From Cyanobacteria bacterium P01_F01_bin.150 (GTDB lineage: Bacteria; Cyanobacteriota; Cyanobacteriia; CAKZMO01): 64,000 nucleotides of DNA. A program made the position numbers and the translations under genes. Positions within the stretch are counted from its first letter, which is position 1. The number at the start of each line of letters is the position of its first letter. The notes under the pieces are model-generated. The model saw nothing but the letters and a program-made list of their open reading frames with translations. It ran no database searches and was not told where the DNA came from. Positions 20,083 through 28,485 of this stretch are shown piece after piece. The stretch spans positions 2,787-66,786 of the forward strand of contig JBCCYL010000026.1 in NCBI GenBank assembly GCA_039189765.1, written 5' to 3'.

Positions 20083-21414
20083 GTGTCACTAAAGCGATTA
20101 CTAAATTCAGTAAGGCTAACCTTAAATACGGCTCCCATGAAACAACCACCCGAAATTTGTGCATCCGACGATAGCTCCTTCGCTGCCTACACCCTACGCA
20201 ATCGCCTGCCCCATATCCTGCGTCAAATTATTGAGGACAGCGACTATGCTACCGGAGTCGTTTACCAACTGGAGAGCTTAAACACCGAGGTTTTGGAGGG
20301 CACCATTACACCTTTGGTTGAGACGGGCGATCGCACCTCAGCCATTTGGAGTCAGTGCCTCCAGCCTCATCTGGATAAAAGCTGGTTTGATGCCCCCTTC
20401 TTTTTTGCCGAAATGTATTTCTATCGCCGCATTATCGATATTGTTGGCTATCGCAATAGCGCTAATCCAGAGTCCTGCGACCCGTTTCTTGCCAAGAAAA
20501 GAAAAGGCTTTGCTGATGCTCAGTCCCGCACCCAGCAGTTAGCAGAATGGTTAGCAACTCTGTCAGAAAAGGACAATACGATGGAAGCTTTACAGGAGCT
20601 GTTGCTAGCAAATCTTTGGTCCAACTGTGCTGACTTAAGCCAGTTGCCTGAGACGTTTAGACCAGGGCCGCAGGGAGGGCTTGAAAGCGCTGGGACAGCC
20701 CCCTCCCCAGCCCTCCCTTTGATAAGGGGAGAGAGCAAGACTGACCCATCCACATCCTCTAGAAACGTTGCGCAAGGTGGCAGTCGGCTGCTTATTGATT
20801 ATGCAGCTGAGGTTGCCACATACTGTCACACATCGCAGCCTTTGCAGCGAGTCGATATTATTTTGGACAACACTGGTATTGAGCTGATTTCTGACTTGGC
20901 CCTGGCAGACTTTTTACTTCGTACGGGTTTAGCCCAGCGGGTTATTCTTCATGCTAAGGACTATCCCGTCTTTGTGTCCGATGCCACCTTGCATGATATT
21001 CAGTTTACGATTCAACAGTTGATGGCCAGTGATATAACCGCCGTAGCCCAGTGGGGCCAGCGGCTATCAGAGTGGATGGCAGGCCAGGGCCTATTGGTTC
21101 AACATCATTCCTTTTGGACACTGCCGCTTTACTTTGACGTCATGGTTGCCGACTTGCAGGCGGATATGAACGCTAGCGATCTGTGGATTGTTAAAGGGGA
21201 CGCTAACTACCGGAGGCTTGTGGGCGATCGCCATTGGCCCCTTGATACCCCCATCGACTCCATTACCCAATACCTCACCGTCCCCTGCCTTGCCCTGCGC
21301 GTGCTCAAGTGTGAATTGCTGGTGGGGATGGATATGGCAACCCTTGAGAGCCTAGAGTTGGAAAACGACTGGATGACCAATGGCACCTACGGTGTTGTTC
21401 AGTTTATGCAGTGA
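20083..21414 (+). CDS. DUF89/ARMT1-like damage-control phosphatase family protein
   Basis: ILDNTGIELISDLALADFL (the D-N-x-G-x-E metal-binding motif) and IVKGDANYRRLVGD (K-G-D-x-N-Y-R-K/R-L signature) match the two conserved DUF89 motifs as I recall them. Confidence 0.6.
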   Translation: MSLKRLLNSVRLTLNTAPMKQPPEICASDDSSFAAYTLRNRLPHILRQIIEDSDYATGVVYQLESLNTEVLEGTITPLVETGDRTSAIWSQCLQPHLDKSWFDAPFFFAEMYFYRRIIDIVGYRNSANPESCDPFLAKKRKGFADAQSRTQQLAEWLATLSEKDNTMEALQELLLANLWSNCADLSQLPETFRPGPQGGLESAGTAPSPALPLIRGESKTDPSTSSRNVAQGGSRLLIDYAAEVATYCHTSQPLQRVDIILDNTGIELISDLALADFLLRTGLAQRVILHAKDYPVFVSDATLHDIQFTIQQLMASDITAVAQWGQRLSEWMAGQGLLVQHHSFWTLPLYFDVMVADLQADMNASDLWIVKGDANYRRLVGDRHWPLDTPIDSITQYLTVPCLALRVLKCELLVGMDMATLESLELENDWMTNGTYGVVQFMQ

Positions 21415-21606
21415 CTTAGTACAGCCTCTCGAAAATATGCCAGCAGTTGAACTACCTCCTCTAACTCCCTTAAAAAGGGGGAGGACCGGAACTTCCACCC
21501 TTGCTAAGAGGGGGAATTGAGGGGGGTGAGTTTCCGGTGATAAGAACCGATGAGTTACTTTCGAGAAACTGCACTTAGCCTGTCTTAATTAAGCCGTATG
21601 TCCTAT

Positions 21607-22212
21607 TTACTTTCCTTGAAACGGTAGTGACAGAATGCCTAAAATTTTGCCAACATCTTTGACGTAATATTCATCCAAGTCAATCGCAACGGTTGAGTCC
21701 ACCAATCGCAAAAACTTCCACAAAATGCCTGTTGTTACCGCCCCATAAATTGCCGGGATATCGTCTCCATTTTGTTGATTAAAACGCTGGGCTGCTACCA
21801 TTTCTGCAATACACTGGGCAAGGCCTCCCTTGATATCTTCATTTTTGGCTTCCACTAGGGTGACAACGGGCGATCGCACTTCATACAGTCCTGCAGAGGC
21901 CGTCAAAATATAGTCACAGTAGCCCGATAGCCCAGCATCTTGGTCCACGGTAAACTCAGTACCGGAAAAAAATCCCACACAACCAGGGTATTGGCGTCGC
22001 ACTTCAAGTAAAATAGGCGCTATCACCAACTCCGAACGCGCCTTCTCCGTATTCACGGCATTCGCAAGCGGCACATAATCGTCTAATGTCTTTTGCAACT
22101 GTTGATTGGGTGCAAGCGACGCAACATCTCGAAATAGATATTGATGTTCATCCGAGACTAAATTGAAGGTCGCGGTGACCTGATTGAGAGAGACAAATTT
22201 GCTGTAGGGCAT
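21607..22212 (-). CDS. Hypothetical protein, possibly PD-(D/E)xK nuclease-like
   Basis: D...(20-30 aa)...VEAK arrangement (GYCDYIL...TLVEAKNED) resembles a PD-(D/E)xK core. Weak. Confidence 0.3.
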   Translation of the reverse strand: MPYSKFVSLNQVTATFNLVSDEHQYLFRDVASLAPNQQLQKTLDDYVPLANAVNTEKARSELVIAPILLEVRRQYPGCVGFFSGTEFTVDQDAGLSGYCDYILTASAGLYEVRSPVVTLVEAKNEDIKGGLAQCIAEMVAAQRFNQQNGDDIPAIYGAVTTGILWKFLRLVDSTVAIDLDEYYVKDVGKILGILSLPFQGK

Positions 22213-22324
22213 GGCTTGGGTATCCCTATGCGCTAAGAGATTTTCGAAAATGATTCGGGTACGCTACCAGTATCTTGAAAAGTAATAGAAGACGTAATCA
22301 AGAATTAGGGAGGGCGCTGTACCC

Positions 22325-22627
22325 ATGGATTTAGATTTTACCCGCCTAGGAGTCCAAATTATAGTCGCAATCGCCTGTGCTGGAGTTGCCAATACCCTTA
22401 TTCCTCGCCGCATTCCCGGCAAGCTAGTGGGACTCGTTTTTATTGGCCTAGTGGGAGTGTGGCTGGGGGAATGGCTCATTGCCTACTTTGACCAGGCGTA
22501 CAATTTCACGCATCCAGCACTGCACTGGAATATCCAACAGGTTAAGCTTATTCCCGCAGTCTTAGGCTGCACGATCGTAATGTTTTTAATGAAGCTTTTC
22601 CTACAGTGGGGGCGATACGAACGCTAG
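22325..22627 (+). CDS. Small membrane protein, GlsB/YeaQ/YmgE (transglycosylase-associated) family-like
   Basis: ~100 aa with 2-3 TM helices carrying GxxxG-type motifs (IVAIACAGVANTLI, LVGLVFIGLVGVWLGEWLIAYF). Confidence 0.4.
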   Translation: MDLDFTRLGVQIIVAIACAGVANTLIPRRIPGKLVGLVFIGLVGVWLGEWLIAYFDQAYNFTHPALHWNIQQVKLIPAVLGCTIVMFLMKLFLQWGRYER

Positions 22628-22672
22628 GGCACGCTTAAAAAGTTGATGGCAGTCGCAGTTGGCAGCAGGCCG

Positions 22673-23221
22673 TCAGCCGCCAAGGGTATCTACATAGCCC
22701 TGTATATTCTCCGGCTGACAATCGCGCAACAGACGATTAGCTCGGTTGGTAATATTAGGTGCGCCTTTAACCACAACAAGATACTTCCCTTCATCTAGAC
22801 GATTTCGATAGGGCAAATCGTCTCCGCTTTGGGAAATGGCAACGCCTCCACCCACAAAGAAACTGCCCATGGCTCCAGCAATCGCTCCAAACAGCGCTCC
22901 CAACAAGTGATTTCCAAAGGAGCCAATTGCGGGCACCAGCATATACTGAGTCGATACATTAAATGCATAGCCGCTAACGGCACCAAACGGCACCAGCCAA
23001 AACGACATCAACGTTGCCCGTTTCTTTCCTTTCTTAGCAGGATCTACAAAGCCAAATTCATCAGCGGTCTTGTAGCCCCGTCCCAAAATACTCATTTGTT
23101 CCAAAGGAATCCCTTCTTTTTCTAGCTCTGAGTAAGCAGCTTCCGCCGCAATGCGATCACTCAGTACAGCAATAACGTAGTTCATAAGCCCCAAATGATA
23201 AAACGTGGTATGTTTTAGCAA
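22673..23221 (-). CDS. Membrane protein with an N-terminal soluble domain and a C-terminal glycine-zipper TM domain
   Basis: Hydrophobic C-terminal half with GALFGAIAGAMGSFFVGGGVA glycine zipper. No catalytic motifs. Confidence 0.4.
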   Translation of the reverse strand: MLKHTTFYHLGLMNYVIAVLSDRIAAEAAYSELEKEGIPLEQMSILGRGYKTADEFGFVDPAKKGKKRATLMSFWLVPFGAVSGYAFNVSTQYMLVPAIGSFGNHLLGALFGAIAGAMGSFFVGGGVAISQSGDDLPYRNRLDEGKYLVVVKGAPNITNRANRLLRDCQPENIQGYVDTLGG

Positions 23222-23279
23222 GTCTTTAGTCCAAGCGTCATTAATTATAATCGTTTTAACCTAAAGCATTCTTGCGACT

Positions 23280-24746
23280 ATGACCCATTCTTCAGTCTTA
23301 CCCCTGGCTTCCAAGTCCCAGATGGCGTTCCAAGTACCATTGCCGTTGATCCCCCCCTCAGATGCAGACGGCAGTGAGTTTATTGCCAAAGTTGACGCCT
23401 CTTTGCGTGAAATTTGCAGTCACGCCAATCACCTCGATGCAGATGCCACCGCACTGAAAGCAGCCTTTGGCCAATTGGGGCAGCGATCGCTCTTGGGGCT
23501 GAAAGGATCAAAAGCGTGGGGCGGCACAGAGCGATCGCCTCTCCTGTTCCATCAATTTCAAGAGACAATCGCACGATATTCTGGATCGCTGGCCTTCCTG
23601 CAAACTCAACATCAGAGCGCAGTGGCACTGCTAAGCCATTGTGAAAATCCAGACCTAAAAGAGCGCTATTTGAGAGACGCAATTCAGGGGACTGCGGGGA
23701 TTGGCGTAAGCATCTCCCAACTGCGTCGCCCTGGCACTCCGCTAGTGAAAGCCGTTGCCGTGGAGGGAGGATTTATAATCAATGGCCAGATCCCCTGGAT
23801 CACCGGCTACGGATGTTTTCAGCATTTTATCCTGGGTGCAACCCTGCCGGAGGGCCAGATTGTATTTGGATTACTGCCTTTCCAATCCACCACGCAGCCT
23901 CCAAACTCATCAAACTCCCCAAACTCCTTAAACTCCCCAAACTCCTTAAACTCCCCAAACTCCTCAAACTCCCCAAACTCCTCAAACTCCCCAAACTCCT
24001 CAAACTCCCCAAACTCCTCAAACTCCCCAAACTCCTCAAACTCCCCAAACTCCTCAAACTCTCCAAACTCCTTAAACTCCCCAAACTCCTTAAACTCTCC
24101 AAACTCCTCAAACTCTCCAAACTCCTTAAACTCCTTAAACTCTCCAAACTCCCCAAACTCCTTAAACTCCCCAAATAAATTATCCACAGGCGGTAGCCTT
24201 ACATTAAACCCTCCCCTTGAACTTGCTGCCATGATGGCAACCAATACGGTGACGGCCACCCTGACAGATTTTATGCTGCCCACAGCCCAAGTTTTAGGGA
24301 TAAAAGATGGCGATTGGATTCATAGGGGCGATCGCCGCAAAACCCTCAATCACAGCTTCTTTGCCCTAGGATGTGCCCGAGCCGGGCTAGATATATTAGA
24401 GCAAGCCGCTTCTCGGAGCAAAGCATCGGTCACTCTAAAATCAACTTGGACAGCATTAGACCGACAGCTTAGCCAATGTAGAACCCAGGTGTACAAAGCC
24501 CAAGCTGACGTGCAAGCCATCACCGACGATGGTGGAGCCTTGGCTGTAAACCATCGCCTCCAGCTACGGGCAAAGACGATTGATCTAGCCGTACGCTGTA
24601 CCCATGCAGCGGTTATTGTTTCCAAAGGAGCCGCCAATACATTGGAGCATCCAGCCCAGAGAGTTTACCGTGAGGCCTTAGCCTTTAGCGTATTTGGTCA
24701 GACCCCTGCGATTATGGATGCCAGCCTAGCGATGCTCTGTTCCTGA
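23280..24746 (+). CDS. Acyl-CoA dehydrogenase-like protein with an ~90-aa internal SPNS(L/S)N hexapeptide-repeat insertion
   Basis: GQIPWITGYG resembles the ACAD GqKxWITN motif and the overall layout is ACAD-like. The central low-complexity block is encoded by the 18-bp tandem repeat. Confidence 0.45.
   Translation: MTHSSVLPLASKSQMAFQVPLPLIPPSDADGSEFIAKVDASLREICSHANHLDADATALKAAFGQLGQRSLLGLKGSKAWGGTERSPLLFHQFQETIARYSGSLAFLQTQHQSAVALLSHCENPDLKERYLRDAIQGTAGIGVSISQLRRPGTPLVKAVAVEGGFIINGQIPWITGYGCFQHFILGATLPEGQIVFGLLPFQSTTQPPNSSNSPNSLNSPNSLNSPNSSNSPNSSNSPNSSNSPNSSNSPNSSNSPNSSNSPNSLNSPNSLNSPNSSNSPNSLNSLNSPNSPNSLNSPNKLSTGGSLTLNPPLELAAMMATNTVTATLTDFMLPTAQVLGIKDGDWIHRGDRRKTLNHSFFALGCARAGLDILEQAASRSKASVTLKSTWTALDRQLSQCRTQVYKAQADVQAITDDGGALAVNHRLQLRAKTIDLAVRCTHAAVIVSKGAANTLEHPAQRVYREALAFSVFGQTPAIMDASLAMLCS
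23901..24175. repeat. Tandem repeat, 18-bp unit (AACTCCCCAAACTCCTCA/TA), ~15 copies, in-frame within the ACAD-like CDS
   Basis: Read directly. Unit variants alternate CTCCTCAAA/CTCCTTAAA, so ORFs in the other frames (KLPKLL, EFGEF, SLRSLG) are frame artefacts. Confidence 0.85.
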
Positions 24747-24801
24747 TTACGAGGCTCAATGCTAGATGGATGGCATGAGCACGACTGCTTTGAAACGCCC
24801 C

Positions 24802-25368
24802 CTAATTACAGTAGGTCTTATTGTCCATAAAATAGGTTGCACCAATGTCCCCTTCACAGGCCACATTTTTCACCGTGGGATCACTAGAAACATCTAGCCA
24901 TGTTTTGCCCATAAAGCCTCGAAGATCGGTAAGGGGCATGGCAATAGAAATGGCTAAGACATCGATGCGTTTCCCATCTTGGTCTGAATTGATCGTTCCG
25001 CCTTGATGACTTCTGTAACGATAATGCTGCGTTTGAGTGGCGATACCCAAACCTAAATCCGTAAGATTATTGGCAAAATTTCCTTGTTCAGAATAGTATG
25101 CCTGCTGAGCCTTTAACATTGCTCCTACATTAGTTTTTGCTTCCGCCTCCTTCGCACGGGCAGTGACATTTATAAACGTACTGCTGGAGATAGCGGCAAG
25201 AATACCCAACATTACAATCACTACCAGTAGTTCAATCAACGTTAAACCTTGGATAGAGTGCAATGTGTTCTTTCGGCCAACACGTGATGCGACAAAATAA
25301 AGCGATCGCAATTTATAGAAAAATAACATGGGCTTTGCAGAATGGTAGATGAAATACAAAGACAACAT
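24802..25368 (-). CDS. Type IV pilin / prepilin-like protein (PilA family)
   Basis: Prepilin cleavage/methylation motif G|LTLIELLVVIVMLGILAAI. The true start is probably the TTG just upstream of HSIQG, since the annotated leader is too long. Confidence 0.7.
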   Translation of the reverse strand: MLSLYFIYHSAKPMLFFYKLRSLYFVASRVGRKNTLHSIQGLTLIELLVVIVMLGILAAISSSTFINVTARAKEAEAKTNVGAMLKAQQAYYSEQGNFANNLTDLGLGIATQTQHYRYRSHQGGTINSDQDGKRIDVLAISIAMPLTDLRGFMGKTWLDVSSDPTVKNVACEGDIGATYFMDNKTYCN

Positions 25369-25760
25369 GCAAAGTCGGTATCACAATCATCACAGAATCA
25401 AACAAGCCAGATGGTACTGGCTAAGCTTGAATTCAACATCAAATATCAATCAATGATGAAAAGACGTAAAAACAACAATAGGATATATGTGAATATACTG
25501 ATTTGCATACGTTCATTACACTCTAAGTTCAGGCCATTATAGGTATTTTTTATGTAAGGCATTGACAAGAACCTGTAAAATAAAATCATGAAAAAGAATT
25601 AAATACGTTTTTATACCTAAAGTCATTTGTATCACACTTTGCCCTAAATATTCGCCTTGGGACAAAAATTTTGCTTGAAATTAGAGAAAGAATAGGTAGC
25701 CAAAACGAATTGTGGCTCACCTTATAGCTGTCTATCTGGGCCATGGTCTTAAAATAAAGT

Positions 25761-26825
25761 ATGAAACAGGGAGTCAAAAATATGTATCGTACTCAAGCTA
25801 GGGACTTGCAAAGAAATAAGATGCCGGGAGTAGGATGGGCAAAGGAGAATAGAACGTGCCCATCGAAACGTTTAACTGATTGGCCCCCGTTCGTTCATAG
25901 TGAAGGATATTTCTCTGGCTGGAATCAACTACCTCTATTTTATCAATTGTGGTCTCCCAGTTGCTCTCCAAAAGGGATTGTGGCCCTAGTTCACGGATTG
26001 GGCAGTCATAGTGGACTATTCGAAACTATTGTTCAAAGACTCATCCCTGAAGGATATATCTTGTATGGCTTAGATTTAAGAGGTCATGGGCGATCGCCCG
26101 GTCAGCGGGGCTACATCAACTCGTGGGAAGAATTTCGAGGTGATTTAGATTGCTTTTTAAGTCACATTATCGATGCCCATTACTATCACAACCCTAATAC
26201 ACCCACTAACAAGTGTGGAGCCGCAAAGCATGCCAAAGACCTGCACCAACATCCACGCTTGCCCCTATTCGTAGTTGGCCATAGTTTGGGTGGAGTCATT
26301 AGCCTTGACTATGCCATGCACAACCCCGAGAAGCTGACGGGTGTGGTCGCGATCGCCCCCGCCATTGGATGTGTGGGTGTCCCTCCGATAAAACTCCAAA
26401 TTAGTAAAATGCTGTCTCAAATCTGGCCAAGATTTACCCTCAGCACAGGATTAGACCATGGTGCCGCCTCTCGCGATCCTGCCATTATTACCCGATATCA
26501 AAATGATTCACTGCGTCACGCGAAAGGGACAGCGAGGCTGGCCACAGAGTTTATGACTACCACTCGATGGATTCATAACCATGCGTCTCGACTAGCTTGC
26601 CCCCTGCTGATTTTGCATGGTGGCAAAGATAGAGTTGCATTACCGGAAGGAAGCGATCGCTTTTTCAACAACGTCCACTTTCCGGATAAAACCCGTCACC
26701 TATACGAAGAGAGCTACCACGACCTCCACAATGACACTAACTCCCCCAAAGTCTTACAGGATTTAGTTCAGTGGCTCCAAGTCAAAGGAGCAGAGCTAAC
26801 CTCTTCTGGGCCATTATCCGGCTAG
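25761..26825 (+). CDS. Alpha/beta hydrolase (lysophospholipase / monoacylglycerol-lipase-like)
   Basis: HGLGSHSG oxyanion region, VVGHSLGG nucleophile elbow, and downstream D and H in the expected order. Confidence 0.7.
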   Translation: MKQGVKNMYRTQARDLQRNKMPGVGWAKENRTCPSKRLTDWPPFVHSEGYFSGWNQLPLFYQLWSPSCSPKGIVALVHGLGSHSGLFETIVQRLIPEGYILYGLDLRGHGRSPGQRGYINSWEEFRGDLDCFLSHIIDAHYYHNPNTPTNKCGAAKHAKDLHQHPRLPLFVVGHSLGGVISLDYAMHNPEKLTGVVAIAPAIGCVGVPPIKLQISKMLSQIWPRFTLSTGLDHGAASRDPAIITRYQNDSLRHAKGTARLATEFMTTTRWIHNHASRLACPLLILHGGKDRVALPEGSDRFFNNVHFPDKTRHLYEESYHDLHNDTNSPKVLQDLVQWLQVKGAELTSSGPLSG

Positions 26826-26862
26826 AGATCAGCTATCAACTATATTTCAGCCCTCAACCAGA

Positions 26863-28377
26863 TTATTGAATGGGCAGTAGCACTTGGAATTCTGTTCCGC
26901 AGGGCTGATCATAGGGTATTTGAGGGAGCGTAGAAGAAGCTTCGAGAGAAGATGTCTCAGGCTTCAACACAGTGGGGGACACCGACGGCAATGCATCAGG
27001 GGGAAGGGGCGATCGCACCAGCAACTTACCATCATGCTTTTCAGTAACGATACGGTGGCTAACGGCTAAACTCGTTTCCTTCCCGGTCGGTTGTTGTTGG
27101 GCAAAAGACTGATGAATTTGTTGATATTGAGCCTCCGATAGGCCGGGGCCATTGTCCGCAAATTGAATCGAGATCCAACGATGTTGACTATCCTCAAAAT
27201 GCTGTGTCCATACTTGAGTCGTAATGCGAATACAGGGCTTGATAGCTGAGCCAGAATGGGATAAGGGGGGTTCTGGCTCAGCTATCTGCGTTTCAGCGAT
27301 GGGCGAACGGACTGCATTTTGGCCCATTTGTTTCAGTAACGCTTGGACCGCATTACTAAGAATATTGGTAAAAACTTGGTTGAGCTGACCGATATAGCAA
27401 ACAACAGGCGGTAAGGCTCCGTAGTCTCGGGTCACCTTAATATCCCCTGAAAGCTGATTTTCCAGCAAGAAAACAATACTATCCAAACAACGATGAATAT
27501 TTGCAGGCTTGGGATAGACCTCATCAATGTAACAAAAGGTCTGTAGGTTGCTAGCGAGTACTTTCAGACGGTTGGCCCCCGACTGAATACTGGCGATCGC
27601 CTTGGGTAAATCATCCTGTAGATACTCTAGCTCCACTTCTTCCCGCACCGCGTTCAAATTAGGCGGTAAAGGATGCATCGCGGCTTCATAGGTCTCAATA
27701 AGCTGGAGTAAGTCCTTGGTGTAATCTGAGATATGACAAAGATTTCCCCAGATAAATCCCACCGGGTCTAAAATCTCATGGGCGACACCGTTGACCAGAC
27801 GTCCCAGACTGGCCATTTTCTCCGTTTGAATCATCTGAATATGACTCCGCTCCAGCCTCAGACGAGTGTCCATCGACTTTACATGCCATGCCGCTTGTAA
27901 CAAATCAGTCCCATCCAATAGGCGATGGGTTGTGACATCTATACGTACAACAATCGGCTCTATGCCCAGCTCTGCCCTCTGCTGTTGTGAAGCCAGAACG
28001 TGCTCTGCGGCTTCCAGCAGTAACGTATTACCAGCCAGTACCAAGGGCTTTACACGGGCCATCCGCAACAAAAATGCGATGGGCTGTTCAAATAAATTGA
28101 GTCGGGGATTAATCAGCCATTCCAGGACCTGTTGACGACTAATCATCCCTCTAAATTGCCCTTGTTCTGTCACAATCATGCCGGGACAGTTTTGATACTG
28201 TTCCAGAAAAGGGGTAACTTCGCCAATAATGTGACCGATATCGACCTCAAAGTGATGTAGTGACAACGCGTCTAAGGTAGCGTCTAAAGGCCGTAACCGT
28301 TCATCCGCAACGCACACCATTGGGGCATTGAGTGGCGATCGCTCTGTGGACACTGAAGTAGACATTAAATCAGCCAT
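26863..28377 (-). CDS. Soluble sensor histidine kinase
   Basis: H-box VAHEILDPVGFI, N-box and G-boxes (ADNGPGL) in the C-terminal half. No TM segments; the N-terminal sensory region is uncharacterised. Confidence 0.75.
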   Translation of the reverse strand: MADLMSTSVSTERSPLNAPMVCVADERLRPLDATLDALSLHHFEVDIGHIIGEVTPFLEQYQNCPGMIVTEQGQFRGMISRQQVLEWLINPRLNLFEQPIAFLLRMARVKPLVLAGNTLLLEAAEHVLASQQQRAELGIEPIVVRIDVTTHRLLDGTDLLQAAWHVKSMDTRLRLERSHIQMIQTEKMASLGRLVNGVAHEILDPVGFIWGNLCHISDYTKDLLQLIETYEAAMHPLPPNLNAVREEVELEYLQDDLPKAIASIQSGANRLKVLASNLQTFCYIDEVYPKPANIHRCLDSIVFLLENQLSGDIKVTRDYGALPPVVCYIGQLNQVFTNILSNAVQALLKQMGQNAVRSPIAETQIAEPEPPLSHSGSAIKPCIRITTQVWTQHFEDSQHRWISIQFADNGPGLSEAQYQQIHQSFAQQQPTGKETSLAVSHRIVTEKHDGKLLVRSPLPPDALPSVSPTVLKPETSSLEASSTLPQIPYDQPCGTEFQVLLPIQ

Positions 28378-28485
28378 GAGACGATAAAGAATAGGGTAAT
28401 CAGCCGAACCATATTGCCCACTGGACAGAAATTGATAGCTCTAGCTATCGCTACTTCCTTAGCATTCCCCAGGACACCAGTAGCC

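Noticed and set aside
23813-24283. ORFs on both strands encoding KLPKLLKL, EFGEFEEFG and SLRSLGSL repeats
   Set aside because: They are alternative-frame and antisense translations of the 18-bp tandem repeat inside the ACAD-like gene. Only the SPNSxN frame is continuous with a real protein.
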